From: Methanocaldococcus indicus
Lineage (GTDB): Archaea; AGJL01; Methanococci; Methanococcales; Methanocaldococcaceae
Direction of reading: 5' to 3'
DNA: 64,000 bases
Assembly (NCBI RefSeq): GCF_049554935.1
Contig: NZ_CP186926.1
Location: forward strand, 640,001-704,000
A model generated the notes under the pieces. It ran no database searches. It was not told the DNA's origin and saw nothing but the letters and a program-made list of their open reading frames with translations. A program made the position numbers and the translations under genes. This document shows, in pieces, positions 30,544 to 41,316 of the stretch. The first letter of the stretch is position 1, and each line of letters opens with the position of its first letter.

Positions 30544-31728
30544 ATATCTCTTAATTATCTCTTTTATATCATCAAATAGAACATTTGATTTACAAAAACT
30601 TGGTAGATAGACAGAAGCTTTTCCTGAATTTGTTGCTATATTTAAATTTTTAATTGGTGAGACTACCATACATGTATCTTTAATTATCTTACCTCCTGCC
30701 TTTTCAATTGTATCAGTGTAGTTCATCCTATCAGAAATAGCTTTTATATGTATAGAACAACAAACCCACAAATCTATTTTTAATTTTTTATTTTTTAATA
30801 AATATGATATTTCTTTAATCTCTTTCAAACTACAATGAGGACATCCAACAGTTATCAAATCAATGTCATCAGCAGAGTTTAACTTATCATAAGCCTCCAT
30901 AATCTCCTCTTTTCCTATTTCTATAACCTCTCTATTCTCAATAACATCCTTAACTTTTGCCTCAGCAGTTAGATTTTTGGCATGATATAAAGCAATTCCT
31001 CCACTTGCAGCCATTGTAGCTCCTAAAAGTTTTAACTCTTCAATTGAAGGTTTAAATCTATATAAATCTTCAAAATAAGGAATATCTTTTTTTAACATCT
31101 CACCAACAACATAACCTAATGCTCCATAAAAACTCTCTTCTTTAAATTTTGCTTCTTTATCTATTTTGATAATATAATTAGCTTTCCTATTCTCATCTAA
31201 ATGATAGCCATAATATGGGGTTTTTCCTATAATAGCTGATGCTAATGCTAATGGTCCTCCTTCTCTATTTGTCTTAGCCCCTAATATAGAGTTTGCATAA
31301 CTTACAGCAGAACTTTCTGCCCAACTTATATGCTCTCCAAATCTTGGAACATTTCCAGTTAAATAAGGTGTGCATGTGCATGAAATCTCAATATCCAACT
31401 TTCTAAAAGCATTTATAATCCTTAACTGTTTTTCAGCAAAACTCTCACTTATACCCATCTCTCTCCATCTGTCTAAATCCATTCCAGCCGGATTTAGTGT
31501 AGTAGGAACTTTAACTTTTATATTTTCTTTTGTTAAATCCTCTATAAACTCTAAACCATAATCTCCAATAGTTTTATATGAGACACCTGAAACCTGTGAA
31601 GAACTTATTTCTATCAATTTCTCTGCTCCATATATCTCACCTAAACTAACTAACAAATTCATACATCTTCTTAAAATCTCTCCATACTCTCCATCTAATA
31701 TCTTCTCTTCCTCTTTTGTTAGATACAT
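30535..31728 (-). CDS. Aconitase X catalytic subunit (probable phosphomevalonate dehydratase large subunit)
   Basis: MYLTKEEE, SGVSYKTIG, TTLNPAG, CTCTPY, WAESSAV.YANS.LGA.TNREG, GCPH. Confidence 0.88.
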   Translation of the reverse strand: MYLTKEEEKILDGEYGEILRRCMNLLVSLGEIYGAEKLIEISSSQVSGVSYKTIGDYGLEFIEDLTKENIKVKVPTTLNPAGMDLDRWREMGISESFAEKQLRIINAFRKLDIEISCTCTPYLTGNVPRFGEHISWAESSAVSYANSILGAKTNREGGPLALASAIIGKTPYYGYHLDENRKANYIIKIDKEAKFKEESFYGALGYVVGEMLKKDIPYFEDLYRFKPSIEELKLLGATMAASGGIALYHAKNLTAEAKVKDVIENREVIEIGKEEIMEAYDKLNSADDIDLITVGCPHCSLKEIKEISYLLKNKKLKIDLWVCCSIHIKAISDRMNYTDTIEKAGGKIIKDTCMVVSPIKNLNIATNSGKASVYLPSFCKSNVLFDDIKEIIKRYSE

Positions 31729-31803
31729 AAATTTACCACATTTGAAGTTTTAATAATAAAAAGAGTTATAACCTATAAATAAATATAAAAAATTTGTGAG
31801 ATT

Positions 31804-33300
31804 ATGGAATTAGTAAGGGAAAGTATAAATAATTTAGATGCTGCTTTAGAGTTAAGAGAGTTAGTTTTAGAAAAAATAAATAAAAATAAATTGAATGAAT
31901 CCTTTATTTTAGAGATTTTTGATGAAATTGATAAATTAAGTTTAGATGAACTCATAAAGTTAGGTAGCAATTTTAGAAAATTCCCATTAGGTTGTGATTT
32001 GGTTGAGATTGCAGTTGGTCCTTGTTTATCAACATTAACAAAAGAGGAATTATTAGAGAATTGTATATTATCTGATTTTTTTGGTTTTCCAATACATATA
32101 TGTGGATATGCTATTGCAGATATAGCTGAAAAAGAAAATTTAAAACCAATAGATATTCTAAAAGAGATTTACAACAATATTAGTGTTCCTATAGATATTG
32201 ACCATTTTGGTAAATATGGACCTATGAGATTCCCAAGAGAGATAACTGAATGCTGTGGATACTGCTACTATATTGGAAAAGCAAAAGGTTGTCCATTAGG
32301 TAGGATTTATAAAAGATTGATAGATAAAGAAAAAGAGCATAAAGATGAGTTTTTAGATTGGATAAAGTTATCTTCCTCAGTATGTATAAATGTAGTAGAG
32401 GAGCAAGTTGAGGGTCATGCTCCTCCATTGGAAGAGATGAGATATGTAGCAAAAAAAGCAAAAGAATACAACAAAGTTGTTGAAGGTATATTCCATATAG
32501 GTAATGGAGAAGATGATTTAATTGAAGGAATAAAGGCATGTATTGACTTAGATGTTGATGTCTTTGTTGTTGAAGGAGCTCCATTCAATAGAGGAAAAGA
32601 TAGATTAAAAACTTATGCAAAAGCAATAGTTTTATCAAGAATTTTGTGTAAAGGTGGTGTAGTAGGAACTAATGGAGCTTATGAAGATGAGTTAAGAATT
32701 GGTTTAAGAGCTGGATTAAATGTAGTTTTAACTGGATTTCCTTACAATCATCATGGATATATGGTAGGATATAAACCAAAAGAAGCAAAAAGAGGTAATT
32801 TTGGATTAAGAAGAGTCATAAAAATAGTTAGAGAAGAAATAAAAAATTTAAATGTTAGATTAATTGACAAAGATATAATTAAAGCTATTTCATATGGAAA
32901 TTCATTTTTAAGAGGAGAGATATATCCAAATACGTTAGGTAACTTCTATATTGGAGATGCACATTGGAGAGTTATATATAACTCAAAATTAAGAAATATT
33001 TTTAAAACATCTAAAACAATTGATGAAATAGAAGGCAAATCAATTGGATTATTGGGAGGAAGATACATCTCTTGGACAATTGCAAAAAAGGCAGATGAAG
33101 TTTATATATCTGATAAAGATTTAGATGTTGAAAGATTAACAATAAAAATTCTAAATAAAAATGGAATAAATGCTTATCCATGTAAGGGTAATGATAAGAA
33201 AGCAATTGCTATGTCTGATGAAGCATATATAACAACTTTTATTCCAGAGTTAGCTTATAAAATAAAAAATAAATACAAAAAAGCTAAATTGCTTTTCTGA
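31804..33300 (+). CDS. hmdC: [Fe]-hydrogenase FeGP cofactor biosynthesis protein HmdC (HcgG)
   Basis: GCDLVE..VGPC, DIDHFG.YGPMRFP, EGAPFN, TNGAYEDE, GFP.NHHGYM. Confidence 0.85.
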   Translation: MELVRESINNLDAALELRELVLEKINKNKLNESFILEIFDEIDKLSLDELIKLGSNFRKFPLGCDLVEIAVGPCLSTLTKEELLENCILSDFFGFPIHICGYAIADIAEKENLKPIDILKEIYNNISVPIDIDHFGKYGPMRFPREITECCGYCYYIGKAKGCPLGRIYKRLIDKEKEHKDEFLDWIKLSSSVCINVVEEQVEGHAPPLEEMRYVAKKAKEYNKVVEGIFHIGNGEDDLIEGIKACIDLDVDVFVVEGAPFNRGKDRLKTYAKAIVLSRILCKGGVVGTNGAYEDELRIGLRAGLNVVLTGFPYNHHGYMVGYKPKEAKRGNFGLRRVIKIVREEIKNLNVRLIDKDIIKAISYGNSFLRGEIYPNTLGNFYIGDAHWRVIYNSKLRNIFKTSKTIDEIEGKSIGLLGGRYISWTIAKKADEVYISDKDLDVERLTIKILNKNGINAYPCKGNDKKAIAMSDEAYITTFIPELAYKIKNKYKKAKLLF

Positions 33301-33454
33301 ATATTTATAATAACTAATATAAATTAAAAATCTTTTCTAAAAGTTGTAAATTTTTGCAACTGTATTTTTTCTTAAAATACAAAACTATAAATAATATTTT
33401 GAAAATAAAATAATTTTTAGAAAATTTTTAATTCTGAAACAATTGTTATAACTT

Positions 33455-33480
33455 TTTCAGATGGTAAAGTATATATACCC
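33455..33480 (+). promoter_or_regulatory. Probable S-layer gene BRE/TATA promoter
   Basis: GGTAAAG-TATATATA about 55 bp upstream of the ATG; AGGTGA RBS just before 33528. Confidence 0.55.
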
Positions 33481-33527
33481 CCTCCTCATAATTTATTATC
33501 CAGAAAACTTTCAAAAGGTGAAAAGAT

Positions 33528-35432
33528 ATGGCAATGAGTTTAAAGAAAATAGGGTCAATAGCAGTTGCTGGAGCTATGGTAGCAACAGCATTAGCAAGTG
33601 GTGTCTCCGCTGTCCAAACAATTGGATTCAATAGCTATGATGAATTAAAGCCTATATTAGTTAAAGATGGACAACCAAACTGTTATGTAGTTGTTGGTGC
33701 TAACGCTCCTTCAACTATGGATGTCGTTTCAGCAGCTGATATAGCAGCTAAAATAGGAAGTTTATGCTACAAAGAATCCTCAGCCAATACAGGATGTGCT
33801 GAATTAACTGTTCATGTTGAAGCAGCTGCAAGTAAAGTTGAATTTGATGCCAGTAAGGATAAAGCATTATTATATGCTGTAACTCCTGATGATACTGATT
33901 ATCAAGTAACTGATGTTATATATGGCGGTAATACATTCCCACATCCTGAATATACATGGGTAAATACTACATTAAATGGAAGTATATCAGTAACAACAAC
34001 TAATGCTACTGATGAAGTAAGTATAACTGAATTAAATGCAACTGGTACACAAACCTATGTTAATGATACATATGTATATCTTCCAAGTACAGTAAAATTA
34101 ACTACAACTCCATCTGGAAATACAACAAGTTTAAATCTAATATTGTCTGTTGAGAAAATTAATACAATAACAAAAACATTATCTACATTAATGAAAATTG
34201 ATGATTTAAATCCAAAAGATATTAAAACAGGAATATATGAAAACTTAACTAATTCAAAAGCTGATAGTATTGAATTAGGATTCTATGAATTAGTACCTGA
34301 AGGTACCAATATTGGAATTGATTTAGTTGGATATGCTACAACTGTCACTAAAGACAGTGAATTAAATACATCAAATGTATATTTAGCTCCTGGAATATTA
34401 ATCCCATTCTTAGGAGAACAATACATGTTTGTTAAAGCAGATAAAAATAACAATGAATTAATTATTGGTAAAGAGGCATATAGTGGAATATTACAAGAAG
34501 GAGAAATTTATGATGTTGGAAATGGATATCAAGTAAAAATAAAAGCAGTTTTAGAACCTACTACCGGCTCAAGTAGTGGTGCAAAAGTAGATGTTCAAAT
34601 ATTAAAAGATGGACAAGTCGTAGCTGAAAAATTTGATTACGCATCTACAGATTCACCATTAATCTTAACATATGGACCAATCGGGGTAATAGTTACAGAT
34701 GCATATAAAAATATAGCTGAGACAACAGGATATGCAGATTGTTATATAGTTAAAGACTTAAAATACTTAAAATTAGGAAGTAAATATGAAGATTCAGATT
34801 ACAAAATCTATGCAGTACTATCTGATGGAACTCATATAGACATAACTAAAAATACAGATATAGATGATGATACTAATGGAATTGGTGTTATAGACGGTAA
34901 AAAAATCTGTGGTATAGCTTTAGTAGATGATACAGATCCTACAGATTCTGATAACCAATTAAGTTCTAAAGGAGATACATTCTCAGCAATTGATAATTAC
35001 TTCACATTAAAAGTAGACAAAGTAATAAATGCATCTGCAGGAGATTATAAGATATATATTTACTCAGATGTATCAAAAGATGTAACATTAGATGTAGGTC
35101 AAGAAGTTTCAGCATTAAATGCACAATTAACTTTAGATAAAATTGAAGCTAATGCAATACAACCAACAAAAATAACAGCTCCAATTGCTAAGTTAGATAC
35201 AGAAGTTAGCTTAGACAACGCAGATAAAAACTTAGTATTAGTTGGAGGACCAGTAGCAAACAAATTAACAAAAGAGTTAGTAGATATGGGTAAAATAAAC
35301 ATAACCAATGACAGCCCAGCAACAATAGCATTAATAAAAGGAGTTGCAAACGGACACGATGTTATAGTTGTTGCTGGTGGAAACAGAGAAAAAACAAGAG
35401 AAGCTGCATTAGCTTTAATTGAAAACTTATAA
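33528..35432 (+). CDS. sla: S-layer protein (Methanococcales type)
   Basis: MAMSLKKIG..AV signal, VVGANAPSTMDVVSAADIAAKIG, C-terminal LVLVGGPVAN and VVAGG.R..T. Confidence 0.95.
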   Translation: MAMSLKKIGSIAVAGAMVATALASGVSAVQTIGFNSYDELKPILVKDGQPNCYVVVGANAPSTMDVVSAADIAAKIGSLCYKESSANTGCAELTVHVEAAASKVEFDASKDKALLYAVTPDDTDYQVTDVIYGGNTFPHPEYTWVNTTLNGSISVTTTNATDEVSITELNATGTQTYVNDTYVYLPSTVKLTTTPSGNTTSLNLILSVEKINTITKTLSTLMKIDDLNPKDIKTGIYENLTNSKADSIELGFYELVPEGTNIGIDLVGYATTVTKDSELNTSNVYLAPGILIPFLGEQYMFVKADKNNNELIIGKEAYSGILQEGEIYDVGNGYQVKIKAVLEPTTGSSSGAKVDVQILKDGQVVAEKFDYASTDSPLILTYGPIGVIVTDAYKNIAETTGYADCYIVKDLKYLKLGSKYEDSDYKIYAVLSDGTHIDITKNTDIDDDTNGIGVIDGKKICGIALVDDTDPTDSDNQLSSKGDTFSAIDNYFTLKVDKVINASAGDYKIYIYSDVSKDVTLDVGQEVSALNAQLTLDKIEANAIQPTKITAPIAKLDTEVSLDNADKNLVLVGGPVANKLTKELVDMGKINITNDSPATIALIKGVANGHDVIVVAGGNREKTREAALALIENL

Positions 35433-35457
35433 ATTTTCTTTCTCTTTTCTTTTTTTA
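35433..35457 (+). terminator. Oligo-T terminator after the S-layer gene
   Basis: ATTTTCTTTCTCTTTTCTTTTTTT immediately after the stop. Confidence 0.6.
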
Positions 35458-35486
35458 TAAACAAATATATCCAAAAATGTGAAATT

Positions 35487-36194
35487 ATGGATGTAATAAT
35501 TACAAGACCGAAAGAAAGAGCTAAAGCTTTTTTAGAGATATTAAAAAAAGAAGGTTTTAATCCAATAATTCTCCCTACTATTGAGATAGTCTATAAAAAA
35601 GTTAATATTAACTTAGATAAATACAACTGGATAATTTTCACTTCTCCAAGTGGAGTGATTGGGTTATACAAAAATTTGAAAGATAAAAATCTTGACAATA
35701 AAAAAATAGCTGTTATTGGAGAAAAGACAAATAAAACATTAAAAAAGTATTTTAATAGAGAAGCAGATATAATTCCAAGTGAATATACTGCAGAGAAACT
35801 TTTAGAAGAGATTAAAAAAGTTGCTAAAAGAGACGATAAATTTTTATTTCCAACAACTCCTGCAACAAGAGATATTTTAAAAAACAACTTGAATGTAGAT
35901 TTAGTTTATGTCTATTCATCAGAAGAACCAAAAGATTTAAAAGAAAAAATAAATAATTTAAAAAACCACTTAAAAGATAAAAAATTTATTTTAACTTTTA
36001 CAAGTTCTTTAACTGCTAAAAACTTTTTTAAATATGTTGATGATGAATTTTATAACACAATAAAAAATAACTATGTTGTTGCTATTGGACCAATAACTGC
36101 AAAAACCTTAGAGGAGTTAAATCTCTCTCCAATTACTCCCAAAAAATATACAATAGAAGGAATGTTAAAAGAAATTAAAAAGTTGAGAGAATGA
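35487..36194 (+). CDS. hemD: Uroporphyrinogen-III synthase
   Basis: ITRP, IFTSPSGV, VIGEKT, FTSS.TA, AIGPITA. Confidence 0.92.
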   Translation: MDVIITRPKERAKAFLEILKKEGFNPIILPTIEIVYKKVNINLDKYNWIIFTSPSGVIGLYKNLKDKNLDNKKIAVIGEKTNKTLKKYFNREADIIPSEYTAEKLLEEIKKVAKRDDKFLFPTTPATRDILKNNLNVDLVYVYSSEEPKDLKEKINNLKNHLKDKKFILTFTSSLTAKNFFKYVDDEFYNTIKNNYVVAIGPITAKTLEELNLSPITPKKYTIEGMLKEIKKLRE

Positions 36195-37234
36195 TAAATA
36201 AAATTATTGAAAAGATAAATGATTTATCTAAAAATTTTGATGAAGTTAAAATTATGCATGTGTGTGGCTCTCATGAGCACACAATTTGTAAATATGGTAT
36301 TAGGGAAGTTCTACCAAAAAATATAAAGCTAATTCCTGGCCCAGGATGTCCAGTATGTGTCACAACTCAGAAAGAGATTGATACAGCCATTTACTTAGCA
36401 AAGAAAGGTTATGTAATAACAACCTTAGGAGATTTATATAGAGTTCCAGGTAGTTATGAGAGCTTACAATCAATAAGTAAAGATTATGATATTAGGATAG
36501 TTTATAGTGTTAGTGACGCTGTAAAGATGGCTAAAAAAGAAAGAGATAAAAAATTTGTTTATGTAGCTATTGGCTTTGAAACTACTGCTCCAACAACTGC
36601 ATCAGAACTATTAAATTTGGATTTAGACAACTTCTTTATATTAAATTGTCATAGACAAACTCCTCCAATAATGGAGTTTTTATTAGAAAATACTAAGTTA
36701 GATGCTTTTATCTGTCCAGGGCATGTATCAGCAATAACAGGATTAAAACCATATTATACACTCTTAGAGAAATATAGAGTTCCATTAATAGTTTCTGGAT
36801 TTGAGGGGATTGATGTTCTCCTATCCATATTAATGATTCTAAAACAACTCTATAAAAATGAGATTAAAGTAGAAAATGAATATAAAAGAGTTGTAAAAGA
36901 AGAAGGGAATGTTATAGCTCAAAAGATTATAAATGAAGTTTTTGAAAGTGAAGATAAAGAATGGAGAGGTTTTCCAAAAATAAAAAATGGAGGTTACAAA
37001 CTTAAAGAAAAATATAAAAAATTTGATATTTTTGAAAATGAAGATATCCCAAAAATGAAAGAAAAAATACCAAAAGGCTGTATTTGTGATAAAATTTTAA
37101 GAGGGGAGAAATTACCAACAGATTGCCCATTATTTGGAAAAGTTTGTAATCCATTTAATCCAGTTGGTAGTTGTATGGTTTCTGATGAAGGAACTTGCAG
37201 AATATTTTATAAATATAAAAAGTTTAATTTTTGA
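36191..37234 (+). CDS. hypD: Hydrogenase maturation protein HypD
   Basis: MHVCGSH, GPGCPVC, GFETT, PGHVS, C-terminal Cys cluster and CMVS.EG.C. Confidence 0.96.
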   Translation: MINKIIEKINDLSKNFDEVKIMHVCGSHEHTICKYGIREVLPKNIKLIPGPGCPVCVTTQKEIDTAIYLAKKGYVITTLGDLYRVPGSYESLQSISKDYDIRIVYSVSDAVKMAKKERDKKFVYVAIGFETTAPTTASELLNLDLDNFFILNCHRQTPPIMEFLLENTKLDAFICPGHVSAITGLKPYYTLLEKYRVPLIVSGFEGIDVLLSILMILKQLYKNEIKVENEYKRVVKEEGNVIAQKIINEVFESEDKEWRGFPKIKNGGYKLKEKYKKFDIFENEDIPKMKEKIPKGCICDKILRGEKLPTDCPLFGKVCNPFNPVGSCMVSDEGTCRIFYKYKKFNF

Positions 37235-39848
37235 TTATAGCTAAGCATAAGCCAAACTCAACAGTATCTACTTCCTCTCCCTTACTAAATATAGCTCTTT
37301 TAATTTCCTTTATATGCTCTTTTCTTATAACTCCATACTCTGTCTTTAAACCTTCTGTTAATATCTTGTTTAAGGTTTCTTCATCTTTAATATTTTTTAT
37401 AAACTCCATAACATCTTTTGTATATTTTTTAAACTCTGGTCCAATTTTTGATTTGTTAGGAATGACTTCAACTATTCTATACTCTAAATCTGGCTTACCT
37501 TTAATTATTTTTAGTTCATTTATCTTTAAAGTTCCTTTTATATCTTTCTCTCCTTTCAACAAAGCATTATAAGTTTCATCATCTTCTGTATAAATTTCCA
37601 CTTTATTTAATTGTGCATTTAATGATAGTCCTTTATTAGCTTTGTATCTTCTTAAATTAACTATTGTCTCTTTTATTAATTCCCCAACTTTTTCAATATC
37701 CTCATTAATATATCTCTCATCAACCTCTGGGAATTTAAAATGTAAATCCTCTATCTTATAAATCTCACCAATATAATCTGAGAAGTGAGGAGCAAATATA
37801 GTCAATAATCTTAATAGTCTGTCTATACAATAATATAAAGTTCTTTTAGCTTCATCTTTTTCTTTTTCATCTCCTTTATACAATCTATATTTAACCATCT
37901 CAATATAGTTATCACAAAACTCATGCCAAACAAACTTATAAATCTCCACAACTACATTAAATCTATAATTTTTGAGAGAGTTATCAACTTCTTTAATTAA
38001 TTTATTTAACTTACTTAAAATCCATAAATCAACTATATTGTCAGTTTTTAGTTCTTTTAAGTTATTTATTTCATTATCATCAATATGCATTTTAGCAAAT
38101 CTACATGCATTCCAGAATTTTCTTAAAAATCTATATCCATAATCAACTTCTTTCCAACTAAATGGGACATCATTACCAATAACACTGTTAGCAGCCCATA
38201 ATCTTAGTGCATCTGCTCCGTACTTTTCAACTATTTCATCTGGCTCAACTACATTTCCTAAACTTTTACTCATCTTTCTACCATCTTCTCCAAACACCAT
38301 ACCATTAATAACTATCTCTTCCCATGGCTTTTTATTAGTTAAAGCTATGGATTTAACTATTGTGTAGAATGCCCATGTCCTTATAATATCATGTCCTTGA
38401 GGTCTTAGTTGTGTAGGATAATGCTTCTTAAAAAATTCTTCATCATCTAACCATTTAGTTATAACTAATGGAGTTATTGATGAATCCATCCAAGTGTCCA
38501 TAACATCCTTTTCTGGCTCTAAATTTGTAGATTTACATTTATCACATACATAATTTGTTTTTGTAGGGTCAATTGGTAAATCTTCTTCCTTAGCTACAAC
38601 TATATTACCACAATCCTTACAATACCAAACTGGAATTGGTGTGGCAAAAATTCTCTGCCTACTTATAACCCAATCCCAGTCCATATCTTCAATCCAACTT
38701 AACAATCTCGATTTCATATGTTCAGGAATCCATTTTATTTCATCAACAACTTCTCTAACTTTTGGTAAGAGCTTTCTAACATTAACAAACCACTGCTCAG
38801 TAACAATTATTTCAATAGGTGTTTTACATCTCCAACATACTCCAACATTTTGCTTAATTTTCTCTTGTTTTATAAGATAACCTTCTTTTTTCAAATCTTC
38901 AATAATCTTTTTTCTTGCTTCTTCTGTTTTTAATCCTTTATATTTTCCAGCTATTTCAGTTAATTCTCCCTTCTCATTGATAGCTTTTCTTATCTCTAAG
39001 TTATGTCTATTTGCCCATAGGACATCTGTTTTATCCCCAAAGGTACAAACCATAACAGCTCCTGTTCCAAAATCTTTCTCAACATCTTTATCTTCTAAAA
39101 GCTTAACTTTATGATTAAAAAGAGGGACTATAAACTCCTTACCTACCAAATCTTTATATCTTTCATCTTCTGGATGCACTAAGATAGCCACACATGCAGC
39201 TAATAACTCTGGTCTTGTTGTAGCTATAATTAAATCTTTCTCATTATCTGCTGATGGAAATATTATATAATTTAAATAGGTTTCTCTCTCTTTGTATTCA
39301 ACTTCTGCAAATGCAATAGCTGTCTGACATCTTGGACACCAATTAACAGGGAACTTTCCCCTATAAATTAGCCCATCTCTATACATTCTAACAAAAGCTG
39401 TTTGAGATTTTTTAATATATTCTGGTTTCATTGTTATATACTCTCTACTCCAATCTATTGAAATTCCTAAGCTTTTTATTTGTTTTCTCATCTTTTCTAT
39501 ATTTTCCTCAGTTAGTTTTATACACCACTCTCTAAATGTCTCTCTATCAACTTCTGATTTAGTTACACCATAAATCTCCTCTACCTTAACCTCTGTAGGC
39601 AATCCATGACAGTCCCAACCTTGTGGAAAGAGAACATTATAGCCTTTCATTCTTTTATATCTTGCAATAAAATCCATATAGCTCCAATTTAAAGCATGTC
39701 CTAAGTGGAGCTTTCCAGTAGGATATGGTGGAGGAGTATCTATTATATATGGTGGCTTTTCACTATTTTCATCAAATTTATATAACTCTTCTTTTTCCCA
39801 CTTTTTTTGTATCTCTTTTTCTATACTAATATTGTAATCTTTATCCAA
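37224..39848 (-). CDS. valS: Valine--tRNA ligase
   Basis: [40 protein letters not shown]. Confidence 0.96.
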   Translation of the reverse strand: MDKDYNISIEKEIQKKWEKEELYKFDENSEKPPYIIDTPPPYPTGKLHLGHALNWSYMDFIARYKRMKGYNVLFPQGWDCHGLPTEVKVEEIYGVTKSEVDRETFREWCIKLTEENIEKMRKQIKSLGISIDWSREYITMKPEYIKKSQTAFVRMYRDGLIYRGKFPVNWCPRCQTAIAFAEVEYKERETYLNYIIFPSADNEKDLIIATTRPELLAACVAILVHPEDERYKDLVGKEFIVPLFNHKVKLLEDKDVEKDFGTGAVMVCTFGDKTDVLWANRHNLEIRKAINEKGELTEIAGKYKGLKTEEARKKIIEDLKKEGYLIKQEKIKQNVGVCWRCKTPIEIIVTEQWFVNVRKLLPKVREVVDEIKWIPEHMKSRLLSWIEDMDWDWVISRQRIFATPIPVWYCKDCGNIVVAKEEDLPIDPTKTNYVCDKCKSTNLEPEKDVMDTWMDSSITPLVITKWLDDEEFFKKHYPTQLRPQGHDIIRTWAFYTIVKSIALTNKKPWEEIVINGMVFGEDGRKMSKSLGNVVEPDEIVEKYGADALRLWAANSVIGNDVPFSWKEVDYGYRFLRKFWNACRFAKMHIDDNEINNLKELKTDNIVDLWILSKLNKLIKEVDNSLKNYRFNVVVEIYKFVWHEFCDNYIEMVKYRLYKGDEKEKDEAKRTLYYCIDRLLRLLTIFAPHFSDYIGEIYKIEDLHFKFPEVDERYINEDIEKVGELIKETIVNLRRYKANKGLSLNAQLNKVEIYTEDDETYNALLKGEKDIKGTLKINELKIIKGKPDLEYRIVEVIPNKSKIGPEFKKYTKDVMEFIKNIKDEETLNKILTEGLKTEYGVIRKEHIKEIKRAIFSKGEEVDTVEFGLCLAIIKN

Positions 39849-39874
39849 GTTCTCACCAAATTATATTTTATGAG

Positions 39875-40363
39875 GTGATTATCATTTTTAGAAATTTAAA
39901 GAATAAAAAAATATTGGTTATAGGAATAGGAAATGAGTTAAGAGGAGATGATGGAGTTGGAGTATATATAATAAATAAAGTTATGCAACACTTTAAAAAG
40001 TTTGGTGAAGTAGTTAATATAAATAACCTCTACCTAATAAATGCCAAAACCTCTCCAGAATCTTTTACAGACAAAATAAAAAATATAAATCCAGATGTTA
40101 TAATTATTATTGATTGTGCATATTTAAATAAAAATCCTGGTGAGATAGAGATTATAGATATTGACAAGATAGATAACTATTCTTTATCATCTCATACACT
40201 TCCAATAAGTATATTTATAAAATACTTAAAAAAATTTATTAATTCAGAGTTTATAGTTGTTGGGATTCAACCAAAGGTAATAGATTTTACTTTTAATCTA
40301 TCAGATGAAGTAAAAAAAGCTGGAGATAAAGTAGCTTATGAAATTATTAAGTTGATAGAATGA
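39875..40363 (+). CDS. hycI: Hydrogenase maturation protease (HycI family)
   Basis: IGIGNELRGDDGVG, PE, IIIDCA, SSHTLP, GIQP. Confidence 0.85.
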   Translation: MIIIFRNLKNKKILVIGIGNELRGDDGVGVYIINKVMQHFKKFGEVVNINNLYLINAKTSPESFTDKIKNINPDVIIIIDCAYLNKNPGEIEIIDIDKIDNYSLSSHTLPISIFIKYLKKFINSEFIVVGIQPKVIDFTFNLSDEVKKAGDKVAYEIIKLIE

Positions 40364-41316
40364 AATTATTGGCTCTAATAACCACAAAACCAGGATATGA
40401 GAGAGAGTTAAAAGATGAACTTAAAAAATTAAACTTTTATGTTAGATATACTCCATTTAGAGGATTATTAAAACTTTATGGAGATAAGTTAGATAATTTA
40501 GAATCAAAATATATTTGTAGATTAATACCAATTGAAAAGGAAAGTTCATTAAATAGTTTAATAGATGATACAATAAATCTAATCAAAGAGAGAAATTTAT
40601 CTGGCTCATTTGTTGTTAGATGTTGGAGAAGGGGAAAACACAATTTTAGTAGTGAATATATTGAAAGAATATTAGGAAAAGAGATATCCAACTTTTTTGG
40701 TTATAAAGTTTCTCTAAAAAATTATGATTTTAAGATAGATGTGCATATAATCCAGAATGAAGTTTATTTATCTTTAAATGAAATAAAGTTTGAAGATAAT
40801 ATAAAAAATCTCACAAAAAAATACAATGAGAGATTTATAAGTAGAGCAGAAAAAAAATTATTAGAAGTTTTAGAAAAATTTCCCTATGTTTTTAAAGATT
40901 TAAATGTAGTTTTAGATATTGGCTCATCTCCAGGTGGTTGGGCTAAGGTATTGTCTAATTTATCAAATAAAGTTTATGCCATTGACCCAGGTGAGTTAAA
41001 AATCAAAAAAGATAATATTATTCATATAAAAAAGAGAGCTGAATATGTTAATTTAAATGATAAACTTGACTTAATAACTAATGACACAAATCTTTATCCT
41101 GAAGAGAGTATAAATCTTACATTAAAATTTTTAGACAATTTAAAGAAGAATAAATATATAGTTCAAACAATCAAATATGAAAATAAATATTCAAAAAAGG
41201 AAGAACTAAACAAAATAATAAAAATTTTAGAAGATAATAATTTAGAATTAGTTAAAATAGCTAAATTAAAAGCAAATACCAAAAATGAGCACACACTAAT
41301 TATTAGAAGATTATAG
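40360..41316 (+). CDS. THUMP domain plus FtsJ/RlmM-like SAM-dependent RNA methyltransferase
   Basis: THUMP SFVVRC.RRGKH.FSS...ER.LG; SRAEKKL.E, LDIGSSPGGW. Confidence 0.8.
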   Translation: MKLLALITTKPGYERELKDELKKLNFYVRYTPFRGLLKLYGDKLDNLESKYICRLIPIEKESSLNSLIDDTINLIKERNLSGSFVVRCWRRGKHNFSSEYIERILGKEISNFFGYKVSLKNYDFKIDVHIIQNEVYLSLNEIKFEDNIKNLTKKYNERFISRAEKKLLEVLEKFPYVFKDLNVVLDIGSSPGGWAKVLSNLSNKVYAIDPGELKIKKDNIIHIKKRAEYVNLNDKLDLITNDTNLYPEESINLTLKFLDNLKKNKYIVQTIKYENKYSKKEELNKIIKILEDNNLELVKIAKLKANTKNEHTLIIRRL

